Source: Hydrurus foetidus
Taxonomy: Eukaryota
Reading direction: 5' to 3'
DNA: 53,367 nucleotides
Assembly (NCBI GenBank): GCA_900617105.1
Contig: UYFQ01000349.1
Span: forward strand, 124,001-177,367
A program made the position numbers and the translations under genes. The notes beneath the pieces were generated by a model. That model did not search any database and was not told the DNA's origin. It was given only the letters and a program-made list of their open reading frames with translations. This document shows positions 1 to 12,157 of this stretch, in pieces. Position 1 is the first letter of the stretch, and every line of letters starts with the position of its first letter.

Positions 1-124
1 GCAACTGTTCTGCCGCATCGTAGAGCACGTTCAATTCATTGTGGATGTCTACCCTCCATTAACTGCATCTCAATCAGCCACTCACCTTGAGCACCATTGC
101 AATACATCTCTTTCTTAATTGCAG

Positions 125-740
125 GCACATGCCGGAGCTTACTTCACCAACCGCCTCCTGTCCGCCATGTCAGGCAAGACAGGCATTGTGGAGTGCGCCT
201 TCGTGGAGAACTCCCTCACAGCTGCACCATTCTTCTCCTCAAGAGTAAGTACTCTTTCCACATCGTACATATTACACCACTTTTTAATTTTTTACCCACC
301 TATTTTCACTAAGACCGTTCCTTACGGCACGAGTTCAGGATCTGGGATTTCGTAAAATCACCCTATGGGGCGGAAAATACGTGAATTTTTCCAGAACTCA
401 AAAACTCAGAACTCGAGTTCTGGAAAAACAGGGCCATTTTTCCAGAACTCGAGTTCTGAGTTTTTGAGTTCTGGGAATTTTCAAATTCCAACCCCGACCT
501 ATTTTCAGGAACGGTCTGATGCCTCTATCCCCTATCTAGTTTTCACTTTTTACATCCGGTTCTGACCTTTCTTTATCCGGTTGAATGTAGGTTACTCTCT
601 CAGCCGCTGGAGCCGCAGAAGTTCACCCAATCGGAACACTTTCCGCAGCAGAGCAAAGCACACTTGACGCAATGATCCCTGACTTAGTTTCTCAAGCAAA
701 GAAAGGCGTGGAATATGTTGAGAAGAACGTCAAGAAGTAA
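125..740 (+). CDS. MDH2: Malate dehydrogenase, mitochondrial type, last two exons (5' part outside window)
   Basis: Exons 125-244 (AHAGAYFTNRLLSAMSGKTGIVECAFVENSLTAAPFFSSR) and 591-740 (VTLSAAGAAEVHPIGTLSAAEQSTLDAMIPDLVSQAKKGVEYVEKNVKK*) are joined by GT-AG intron 245-590. The peptide matches the C-terminal pattern of mitochondrial/E. coli-type MDH. Confidence 0.9.
312..517. mobile_element. MITE-like foldback element in the MDH intron
   Basis: 11-bp terminal inverted repeats AGACCGTTCCT (312-322) / AGGAACGGTCT (507-517), plus an internal perfect 38-bp inverted repeat 391-428 / 437-474 with an 8-nt spacer. No perfect TSD is seen. Confidence 0.7.
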
Positions 741-1047
741 AAGCGTTTGAATTCAAATGGGCGAGGAACATACTTTTTGCGATAAAATCCTGAAAAATAT
801 TTGAAGATTGCTGTGAAATTTTCGTTCTGAAAATATGTCATCTGTACAAAATGCTTTGATTTACGTATTGTATTTATATTACAGTAATAGACAAATAAAC
901 CTACGATTTGCCAAGATGAACTCTGAGGAGGCGAAGAGTGACGTAAAAATATTTTTGAAAACCATTTTCTATTTGTTTTCTCCACAATCTAAACAGATAC
1001 AGAGGTCAATCTCGCGAACAATAGTGTTCATCACATCGTGTCATGTG

Positions 1048-2439
1048 TCATGAGACGCACTTCAGTAAAAACGGTTTTACATGATTTTTCACTAAATCTT
1101 CAGCACAGCCCCAAGAAAGTGTTACACCCGACCCCCCGTGTCCATAACAATGACACACTAAAACTTCAGGGCTCGTACCATTTTTGGGTGTAATCTCACT
1201 GCTTAGACGAAGAGGCACTCTACTTGGTCGTAGACCCACCCACACATTATCCTGCAGTATATGATAAGAAACGGAATACTCAGCAAATCAGTGCATGCTG
1301 TAGTTTCATTTAGAAGATGGTCAGAAAATTCAGATTTCATAGTTGTAAATTGAAATTCATAAGATTCAGAACATACCACTGGAGCTTGAATTAGAGATGG
1401 AAAGCGTTCACATATGTCTCCCATAATTTTCTTGGTGTCATCGATAGACTCTGTTAGATTCCAATCATCTTCTTGAGCAGAACCTCCGCACACAATAGTG
1501 TCCATATTAGGTATTATGTAACTCGTGTTCCAGAACCAAATACATTGCATCAGTGGTGCCCTTATAAAAAATTTAAGAGTGACAACTGATTTGAAGCAAT
1601 GCAATACGGTAATTTGAATATTCTGGAATGTTATTCTCAAATGTGCTCAGATTCGTACCGTATTCGTACAACTTGACCTCGAATTGATTTGCAGACATTA
1701 TTGTCACCAGAAACTTTGCTGCCCTGGATACCACAACAGTTGACGACAACATTGAATTCACCATGGCAAACATCATCCACAGATTCGACTTTCTTATGTC
1801 TGAATTCCACTCCTAATTTGACAAGTCGTTCCTTGAGATATTTTAGGTAGTAACTTTGATCCACCGTAAAAGACTTGAAAGTAAGTCCTCCAACGAAATT
1901 ACCAATAGGATAAAGACTTGCCGAGGGCACCAAATTTTCAATATCTGCTAAATCGTTTGCAGTTAAAACCCTAAAGTCGGTGACAATGTGCTTCCATGAG
2001 GGAATGATTATTTCCTCTTCCTTATCGAAGAGATGATACGAATCAAGTAGTCGGACACCTGCCGCAACCCTCTCTACAGGATCATCATAGAGAGCTTGAA
2101 AATGATCGAATGTACTCTTGCCCCAGAGATTTACGACGTCGTCGGGAGTTCCTTCAATCTTGTAAGGCTCCCAATATCCTCCAGAACCGTAAGAGGTTGT
2201 CATTTCATAGAAAGATTCGGCCATAACGACTGTGTCAACGATCACAATTAAAAAGAAACGTTGAAAAAAATCAATATTTGATCTGCCGAGATTGAAATGC
2301 AGTAAGAATGGGATGGTCTGAAATTTTGCAACATACCTATCTTCACATTGCTCGATGGGAAGTGTTCTTCAGCTAGTGATAAAGCGGCACTGAGTCCTAC
2401 CACACCTGCTCCAATCACGCACACATTCGAAGAGCTCAT
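1048..2439 (-). CDS. D-amino-acid / D-aspartate oxidase (FAD-dependent DAO family), multi-exon
   Basis: N-terminal Rossmann motif [14 protein letters not shown], then [27 protein letters not shown] and C-terminal [17 protein letters not shown]. The motifs are spread over four ORF segments bounded by GT-AG introns. Confidence 0.9.
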
Positions 2440-3283
2440 TGCTATGGCGAGACAGTGCAAACGCTGTCGAATCTGTTCACATCGACGCCATTAAAGTTTA
2501 AAATGAGCTGAAAAATGAAAGAGAACAGAAACACATCACGAAGACGAGACTTGAGATTTGAGATGGACCGTTCCACAGTTCCAGTAAGCGCATACAGAAT
2601 ATGGACCTAGTTATTGTACTCATACGGAAGATAAGACGATTTAGTTCACAACACACAACATCCTCGTCTTGATCTTAGATCGTAGCACTCCTATTTCTGT
2701 ACTGGTGGGTATTGTACAGTAGCTAAAAGTACGGAAGAGTTCTATGATCTATCATAGCTCAAGAATAGTACAACCGAAAGCCAATTTATGGAGAAATTTT
2801 AATAAAATCTGGAGGTTATACTGTTGAGGAAAGCTCATCCCCTCTACGGCGTCGCATCATCAAAGTTCAGGCACAATTTTAATAGTTTGTGCAATACCAA
2901 AGAATTGTTAAACGAGTCAGAGAATTTTCATGTTGTGCACACTGTCGAATAAATCGCCTCAGTTTCCCTTAGAACTCACACTGTTGATTTTTAAGGAAAA
3001 TGCAGCAGCGCCAACTTTATATAAATGTTTGTTATAGGAAGGGAATTGAAGTAGTGACGAACATAGTCCACATTATCGCCTAGCATGATACAGTGCCTCA
3101 ATGTGCTGCATGCAGTCGAGATTAAATGCTCCGCTAATGCTGCTCACTCACTCGGTACAATAGATACAGTTTTACAATCTAATTATCAAGAGCGGAATCT
3201 ATCTTCTGTGCAAAAGTCTCTGCGAAGAAAAGCACGACTCTTCAATTTTATCAATACATACATTCTAAATTATAAACATTTCG

Positions 3284-3895
3284 TTAGTCCAGGGCAGGAT
3301 TAGCTGCAAAGTTCTTGGCTGCAAAAGAAGAGCCACAACCACATGCGGATTCCGATTGAGGATTATTCAGAACAGAAAAAGAACTTCTTATCAGCTCCTC
3401 CTTAAAGTCCACGGTGGCGCCTTTTATCAGTTCGAAGCTTTGGGTATCAATAACAACTTGACTTCCGTCCCGCTCGAATACTCTAATAAATCATTGTCAC
3501 TCTGTCAGCAATTAATTGAAATGCTCGCTTGCGCTGTGTTTTGACCTACCTGTCTTCCAGAACTTCGTCTTCATCTTCGTCAGGTTCCACAGAAGATTTT
3601 AGTGCAGCTTTAACTCGATCTTCCATCTTGAATACATACTGGAATCCAGAGCATCCACCTCCCTCAACTGCCAACCTAAGAACTAAATTATCATTCTTCG
3701 ATGATCTCTGAAGCTGCTTTATCCTCTGTTTCAAAAGAAAGGTTCCAGTTATTGAAAGATCTTAATGAGAGAAGAGAAGTTGCAAGCAGGTTCCACCTTC
3801 GCGCATGATTTTGTGACTATCAGAGTTTCATTCAATTCAGGGAGACTTGAAAAACCTCTCGTGAGAAGCTTCTGTAATATTTTTCTATTCATCAT
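3284..3895 (-). CDS. ISCA2: Iron-sulfur cluster assembly protein, IscA/ISCA2-like (probably mitochondrial), 3 exons
   Basis: [15 protein letters not shown] and [15 protein letters not shown] motifs. The basic N-terminus [17 protein letters not shown] resembles a mitochondrial presequence. Confidence 0.9.
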
Positions 3896-4417
3896 TAGGT
3901 ACTTTTTCGTCCAGTGATTGTTTACGACTTCGACTCTAAATATCTGGAGTCGTTTCCCATAGAAGTTTTCTGTGACGAGTTGGAATGTTACAGATCGATC
4001 GAGTTGATGAATAGAATTAAAAACGTTCCTAAAGCCTAAAGTAAGCAGAACGATGGACTACGGCCTAAATACACCGACTATCGGTTGGTTTCGGTTAAAA
4101 TGAAGTGAAGTTGTGACCAACCCACACACGTCATTTGGGCGTATTCTCTGCACTTCACATACGCATCACTCTCACTCTTCGTGCTTCGTTCGGCGACGAT
4201 GTTCCTCAAGATGATTAGCAAGTTTGTGCGAAGTGCGAAGCCATTAAGAACATTGTAACTCAAGTAATCTCCACGCTAAATTTTTGCAACTTCAATCTTA
4301 AGTTGTTGGAAAGGTGAGTCTCCTTAGCAGCTCTTGGAGGACGCGAATATTTTCTTCATCGCATTACTTATCCTTGCTCTTAGTGAGTGTTGGACGGCGC
4401 ACTCGTTCTCATTGACC

Positions 4418-7285
4418 ATGTCGACAACGAAGAAGCACCAAGTTGCAATTCACTGGTTCCGAAAGGGTCTGCGACTTCATGATAATCCCTCCTTGCTCGA
4501 GGCCTGCACTACATCTTCAAAGGTTTACCCGATTTTTATCATCGATCCGTGGTTTGCGAAGCCTGATAAAGTGGGCATCAACAGATACTCTTTTTTGCTG
4601 GAATCTTTGGCCGATTTGGATGCCAGGTATTAAGCAAATTAAGATGACAGCTATCCATTTAGCATCATGATAAGCAGGAATATTTTTTCCTCGAAATAGT
4701 CTGCGCTCCATAGGTTCAAGGCTTTACATCATACGAGGAAAACCAGAGGAGCAAATTCCGATACTAATTCAAAAATGGGGCGTCGACTTGCTCACATACG
4801 AGAAAGATACTGAGCCTTACGCCGTCCAGCGTGATTCTATGATTTCAGCTTCGCTTCCATCTGGTGTCAAAGTATCCAGTTTCTGCTCTCATACTTTATT
4901 TGAAACAGAACATTACTTGGCAATCAATAGTGGAAAAATTCCCACAACGTACACAGCATTCTGCAAATTGTTTCTTTCTATGGGGAGTGTGAGACAACCG
5001 TTGACGGCTATAACTTCCGCCCAGGTGATTTACTGGAATAGTAAATACCGGAGCATATGACTATTTGTCTTTGACTTTTCTTCCATAACCCATACCCATA
5101 TTATCCAAACATTTCAATGATCGAGAAGCATCCAATGATATCACAATAGTATCTAATCATCCTTGTTATTCCGTCGTAGATGCCTTCGTCAGTAATTGAC
5201 CCAGCCAAAGAATATTCCGTACCCACACTAGCCGAGATGGGCTACACTGGCGTGGTCAGTCATAAATTTCCAGGTAGTTTTACAGAAATATTCCACAACC
5301 TTTTTGTTTTACATTTAATGAATTCTAAAGTTCATTGAATATTGATGATTTTTCTTTTTTACTGTAAGGCGGTGAGACGGAAGCACTGAAGAGATTGCGT
5401 GAAAAGGTTTCTGAGCGGCCTCAATGGGCGTGTCAATTTGAGAAACCTAGCACATCTCCCAATTCTTTAGAGGCGTCTACAACGGTAATTTTATCCTTGA
5501 GTATTGATTATTGTTATAATGTGGATTTCGTTGCCATACTTTTTCGTGAATATACTTTTAAGGAAGTGTGTCATTTGAGATGTGAAGAGTCTTATGTGTT
5601 ATGTGTAATAAAATCAAGCAACGCAATGCATATAACAATAATTATTAATTCTTTCTTTTCTTACGAACGTAATAGGTGTTATCGCCATACTTAAAATTCG
5701 GCTGCATTAGTGCCACACTATTTTATCAAGAGCTAGCGAGGATTTACAAATCGAAGCCTCATTCACAGCCCCCGATGTCTCTGCATGGACAGGTAGATAA
5801 TTCAATGTTTTTGATGGATGCTACGTATTTAACAATTAAAGCAAAGGGATAAATTGTCCCCAATCAAGGAGAATCACGGATTTGTACGTTATTACGTTAA
5901 AGTCAATAATACTATTTCGTTAATCTCAGTGGCTGTGGGTGACATCCGTACGCTAGGGATGATTTTACTTTATTGTGAACCCTATGGATTTCAGTTGATT
6001 TTGAATGTAAGCTTCAAACTAACTCTTCTCATAATTGTAATAAATTTTTTGTTTCCTTCTTAGTTGCTATGGAGGGAGTTTTTCTACTTTTCAAGCGTTG
6101 TCACGCCCAATTTTGACAAGATGAAGGTAACAGGACATGAGTGTGATTTTTTTCACTGTTCTGGTGCTGAAATTTGTCTTCTGTATTTGCATTATTTTTG
6201 CTTTTAAAAACTATTATCTATTTCATTTTTGTGCAGGGCAATTCTCAATGTAAACAAATTCCCTGGGGGGAAGATGCAGAGAGATACGCGGCTTTCAAGG
6301 AGGGTCGAACAGGCTATCCATTCATTGATGCAATTATGGCTCAGCTACGGACAGAAGGTGAATGAGTGCTTTAGCTTTTGTCACGTGGTCTGATGTAATT
6401 TCTTACTTTATGATTACTGATCTCTGCTTGTTAACATGATAATTAATGTATACTAGTCTCGTAAGTACGACAAACATGCGCAATACGCTCCTTCTCATGG
6501 CACTTTAACATCACTTTCTCAGGCTGGATCCACCACTTAGCAAGGCATTCAGTGGCTTGTTTCTTCACACGTGGAGACCTCTGGCAACACTGGGAGAAAG
6601 GAGCGGAGATATTTGACCTTTATTTGCTCGATTCTGACTGGGCTCTCAATCACGCCAATTGGCAATGGCTTAGTTGCTCTCGATTTTTCTATCAGGCAAG
6701 TCACGCTTGTATGCAGCTGTTATTCATTTTTGCATTTATCTTACAGATACTCTTCTTTCTCCTTATTTTGGCGAGATTTTTATCTTCTATGTTATTTTAT
6801 TAATTTATTGATAATATTGAATTATGGCTTATCCTGTCAAAAGCGATGATTTCACTGATTTTACGTGATCATGCGAATGCAGATGTACTAACAATTCTTT
6901 ACCTTTTATTTTCATGATACAGTATTTCCGGTGCTATTCTCCTGTTGCGTTCGGTAAAAAAACGGATCCCAATGGGGATTATATCAGAAAATATCTCCCT
7001 GAGCTATCAAAATATCCAGCAAAGTACATTTACGAGCCTTGGAAAGCCCCGCTAAACGTACAGCAAGATTGTGGATGTATTGTTGGGAAGGGTTACCCAA
7101 AAAGAATTGTTGATCATGATATCGCAGTGAAGGAAAATATGGCAAAATTGAAAATTGCTTATGCTGATCACAGTGGAGGAGGAGATGATGATGATGTCAA
7201 ACCATCAAGCAACGCTCAGAAAGGAAAACCAAAATTCGTGCTGATTAAAGATATTTTATCTCCTCCACAAAAGAAGAAAAAGTAG
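4418..7285 (+). CDS. (6-4) photolyase / animal-type cryptochrome family protein, about 9 exons
   Basis: [97 protein letters not shown] and [26 protein letters not shown]. The basic C-terminal PPQKKKK is NLS-like. Confidence 0.95.
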
Positions 7286-7631
7286 AGTAAAATTGACTTC
7301 GAAAGAAAGTGTCAATATGTTTTGGAGTTACCGTTTTCGAGAAATTTTGTCATCCTTCTGATATTTGAAGTACAATTCTACTGTATTTTATGTCCACTCA
7401 CTGTATGCGATTTCTGTAATTATTAGCTTGTCGTTTTCATTTATGGGAAATTTGTTCAAGGCTTTATCTGTGAAGAAATTACCATATTGTAATAATTGAA
7501 ATTAAAGAGCCAGAAATTCTTCCAATTCCATCGTTTAAAGGGATTGATAGCAGAAAAAATAATCTCCCATGAAATTTATGTATTAAAATGATCAAATTCT
7601 AAATAAGCAAAATTTAATCATTTTTTCTTTT

Positions 7632-10600
7632 CTATTTCAAAATATGCTTGAGAACGCATTTCATAATACTCGACTGGATAACATCGGAATCTTCTTCGTC
7701 TTCTTCTCCGAAATCAGGAGCTACATATGACTCGATATCTTTTTCGTCAAGATCGCATGATTGCGTTTCATTTCTTTTCGGATTGAAATAATCATCCAAA
7801 GTTTTCAAATAAATTTCTTTTTTATCTTTTGACGAATTTGCATCTTTTTTCGATTCTTTTGCTTCCTTTTGCAGATAATTAGATGTCAAAACCTTCGCTG
7901 TATTTTTTGCTTTATTTTCAAGCATAGAGTCCAGTTTTTTATCGAGTTCAAAAGCTTCGATCCAAATGCTCTCAACTTTGCTGGACAGCTGAAAAAAGAA
8001 AAAAAGAAATTATTATCATTACATGCAAGGATTGATGATGATAATATCAATGAAATGAATGAATCATATAAACATAACATATCAGTATCAAAATGAAGTT
8101 GTATTGCATGAATAATTATTACGTACGTACGTACCTGTCCGATTCTTCTCACTCTGTCTTCTGCTTGAGCTGCATCCCCAGGGGTCCAGGGACGGTCCAA
8201 TAAAATGACCGTATGGGATCGAGTCAAAGTTAATCCTAAGAGAAAAGGAAAATAGAATACACCCATTAACATTTCAATAAATAAATAAGATCTGATTTTA
8301 CGAAACAGTAAAAGTTTGAGAAGCCGAATTTTTTTTTGCTATTTTAAATCCGTGTTTTGTTACCTGTCGATCCGACACCAAATGTGCAAATTAAAACGTC
8401 AATTTCACCGTTTTGAAAACGGTCAACCATTTCTTGTCGCAACTGGAAATAAAATAAAATAAAAGATGGTCATGATGGCGTAATGCTTTGTTTCAGAAAA
8501 ATATATTAAAATAAGATTTACTACATAAGCGAATCAAATAACGTGAAAATTTTAGAAAAAATTATTGCACTACCAATGAAAAATAAAAGTAATCTCTTCA
8601 TTAAAATAAAAAGTGATGGGCAATCATGAAACAATTGTAATATAAATCACAAGAAATTAAGATGCCCAAAAGTGGTGAACAGACCTGATGCTTGATAATA
8701 TCACCCGTGAGACATTCGCACCTAATCTCTCGAACATTATCATCTTTTTTGCCGCTCGTTTTTGAATATTCTGTTTTAAATTGCGGAAAATGAAAGAGCA
8801 TAGATAAACACAAATAAAACATTTATCATAAAAATTTGTAGTAAAACATTTTCTTGCAAAAAAAATAAATTTGAGACAATACCTTGACATTGTTCAAGTT
8901 CTGTCTGTAAGAGCGAAGAAGATTCTTTGAACCACACGAAAACTACTATGGGATCAGAACATTCTTTGAGAATGTTCCTGATGAGTTGAGCTGTTCCTGG
9001 GACCTAAAGGGATAATAACAGAATCATTTTTATCTAGGTACGTGCAGTATCCAATGTTTTATCACATACCATTTAAAAAAAGGAAATTAACTTGACTGAT
9101 TTCACAAACCATTTCGAATATCTCATATTCAATTCAAAGCACAATGTGATAACTTACTTTTGCTTTGGAAGAAAAGATCCTCAACTGTGACATCATTTCT
9201 AGACAACTTCCATTCCCTGCCCCATGGGGATTCGCATTATTTCCTGAATAATTCGACTTCATTTTTTTTTTCATTGTTGAAATTATTCCGTCATATTGCG
9301 CGGAAATTTCGGTTGAAATTTCTATTTTTACGGTTTTTCGAGTTAGTGCTGGCAGATCTAAACATTCCTCCTACAATGAAATATAGTACAACGTTAGAAT
9401 AATACACAGATTAGTATTGAAAAAAAGATACCGGAGATAATGTTCATGGTTATAAAAGTATAATGCATCAAAACGGCTGGAATTGATTAAAAAGATTATG
9501 TGGTAGAGGATAGTAGTAAAAAGAAATCAGCAAGTCTAGAAGTACCTTTGTTTTCCGCATCAAAAAAGGCCCGATAGCTATTTTTAATTCTTTTAAATTT
9601 GAAGCACCAGATACGTCCCATGCGCAAAATTTCGTTTTTTTCGCATTGCAATATATTTTTTCAAATTCTATTTTATTATGTGAAATTGGATGACGTATGC
9701 CCATTAGCAACGGAAGTATATTAGATGGCCGACCATTTTTCATAGGTGTTCCAGTTGACAAAATTACACCTAAACAATTTTTGTATGAACATAGTGACAA
9801 AGTATTTTTTGTTCTAATACTTGTAATAGATTGCATCGCATGAGCTTCATCAGCTATCAGAACATATTTTCGATTTAATTCAAAAGCTGAAGGAATCTTC
9901 GACCAAGAATGTATAGAAATTTTCATTTTTTTATCATTTTTCAAATTACTTTTTTTGGAATTTTTAGACGTTGATTTTTCGTGCAAATAATTCACTGAAG
10001 TAAATCCAATCATTTCAGCTTCTCTTTTCCACACTTCCATTAAGGTACACGGTACAATAATCACCGCGATACAATCAGTGAATAAAGAACAAATTGCTTT
10101 TGCCCAAATTAGTGAAATTAAAGTTTTTCCTAATCCCATATCAAATGCCATAATTGATCTCCCCAATTTAAGACATTCTGTAACAGCTTCTTTTTGATGT
10201 TTGAATAATTTCCATCCATTTGGCAAAGTGTTTTCCAAGTCAGCAAATTCGAGTAATTTATTCATTTGTGACCCAGTAGATGTATTCACATTATTTTCCA
10301 CAACATCCTTTTCAACCTTGATACTGCTGTTAGAGGATACACTTCTATTTTGAGCTGATGCCATGTTACGACATTTGTGCTGATCAGAGGTTTCTTCCTC
10401 TACGCTCAGGTTCTTACAGGTGTCATTATTGTGTTTTGATGCTAACTTTTGTGAGCTAAACAAAACACATTTAGGATCGTCATCGACAGCTATTGTATTC
10501 CGATTAAGGTTTCCATGTGCAGGCTTTATATTCTCATCGCTGCAATTATAATTCGATTGACGCGAAAGATTCGCGATACCCGTGCTATCCTTCTGTCCTA

Positions 10601-11009
10601 TTGACTGGCGTCTCAGATTCTGCATTAAAAGATTGACACAGTCATCACCACCGAATTCATCGTCACTATCACCAATGGTATCCAAATGCATCACATTTCT
10701 CTGCAGCAGATCAGGGGCAGCTTTTTTGGTTGTTGATACTGACAAATCGATGGTAGAACAGTCTCCAAAAAGATGAATTGGTGTAGATTTGAAGTCGGAG
10801 ATTTTCGGATTCTGGAAGTTACATGATCCTGGTGATGCAAAAGTGCACAAGGGAGATCTCTTTAGAGCTATTCTATCTAACGTTTGTGCGTATTCCTCTG
10901 GTCTGTACAGATTGCAGGTTGTGTTAATCGGAGAATCAATTCCACTGAAAGCAAGCCGTAATGACTCAGGTGACCATCCAGCCTTTCGCAGTTTTTCCTC
11001 ATCAGTCAT
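7632..11009 (-). CDS. SNF2-family ATPase, SMARCAL1/ZRANB3-like; 5' end uncertain
   Basis: Motif I AFDMGLGKT, motif II LIADEAH, motif III LSTGTPMKNGRP, and helicase-C GLTLTRSHTVILLDRPWTPGDAAQAEDRVRRIGQ. Multiple GT-AG introns lie between about 7990 and 9546. Confidence 0.85.
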
Positions 11010-12157
11010 TTTTCTGAGCAGTGTAGTGCCTGCAAACCTCGAATCAACTACCTTTGCAATTGCAGCAACAGTTATTGCTAAAGGTACAGTTACAGGTTAC
11101 AGTTAAAGCAGTGAAGAAAGATAATCATTCAGCTGCTCAGCTGAGGGCTGATCTGTCAACGGATAGAACCTCCATAATGTTGCCCCAAAGGGAATGGACT
11201 CCAAAGTATCCCATATCAGAACACTCAACAGTCTCAATGTTACTTCACAGACGTCAGGGGCTCCCACGCATTATTCAGGAAGGTAATCTAGCGCGATGAC
11301 ATATTTTGGACATGCTGGCGCAGTAAGAAGGGCCATGGTCATCAGTCTTTTATTTCTACAAACTGAAAAGATGAGCAGTTAGAGGTATATTGTTTCATTA
11401 CATGATGCTAAAATGAATTTATAGCGGTTCGGTGATAGAAAATTATCAATCAAGTAATTTTTGAAAGCGTGGAAACAACGGTAATTATCTCCACCGCATG
11501 TAAAATAATCAGAATATTCTTCGATATGACTTACGTCACAAAAGAAACAGTAGCATGACGAAGATCCCACGAAGAGGTGGTTAGTTATCATTTCTACTGT
11601 ACTAGAAGAGACAAGACAATGTCGGTAATCAGTATTTCCTTACATACACCTGCTTTACAGTCCAAGAGTGTTGGCTGACACATGTGCTGGGAGTGACGAA
11701 AGCCGTGACATAATTACATTTATTCTTTTTCTGCTTTAGTTCGACTTCTCGATTTCACATGTAGTCAACTATTATATTTGAAACTATTTCCCGATGTGTG
11801 TGTGTTTGTGTGTGCTGTGCTGTGCTGTGTTGTATCACAATTCCATCATTGAAATGACGCACTATAAATAACTGTAGAAAGGTGCGATTAATCTTCAGCA
11901 TAACACAACACAACACAACACAACACACAATAATGGAACACAATACTACCTATGAAAGCTCTTTCCAAGAACCCATAATAGTCCACTTATACGTTATTTG
12001 ATTCACTCTTTGATAGGAAGCTCACCAGAACTAAAAATAAATGTACGTACATATGACTCCGAGATTCGATTGTAATCATTATTGTTTAGCACACAAAAAT
12101 ATATCAAAATTACAATGAAGAAGTGAAAAAACAAGTAATTAGTTGAATATTTAATAT

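Noticed and set aside
2566..2574. GACCGTTCC matching the MDH-intron MITE end
   Set aside because: Only 9 bp, with no inverted partner nearby.
4128..4133. ACGTCA (TGACGT, aureochrome/bZIP site) upstream of the photolyase
   Set aside because: A single 6-mer is expected by chance every few kb.
9255..9275. Possible homopolymer frameshift in an SNF2 exon
   Set aside because: The 10-nt run reads ATG AAA AAA AAA ATG on the minus strand and stays in frame.
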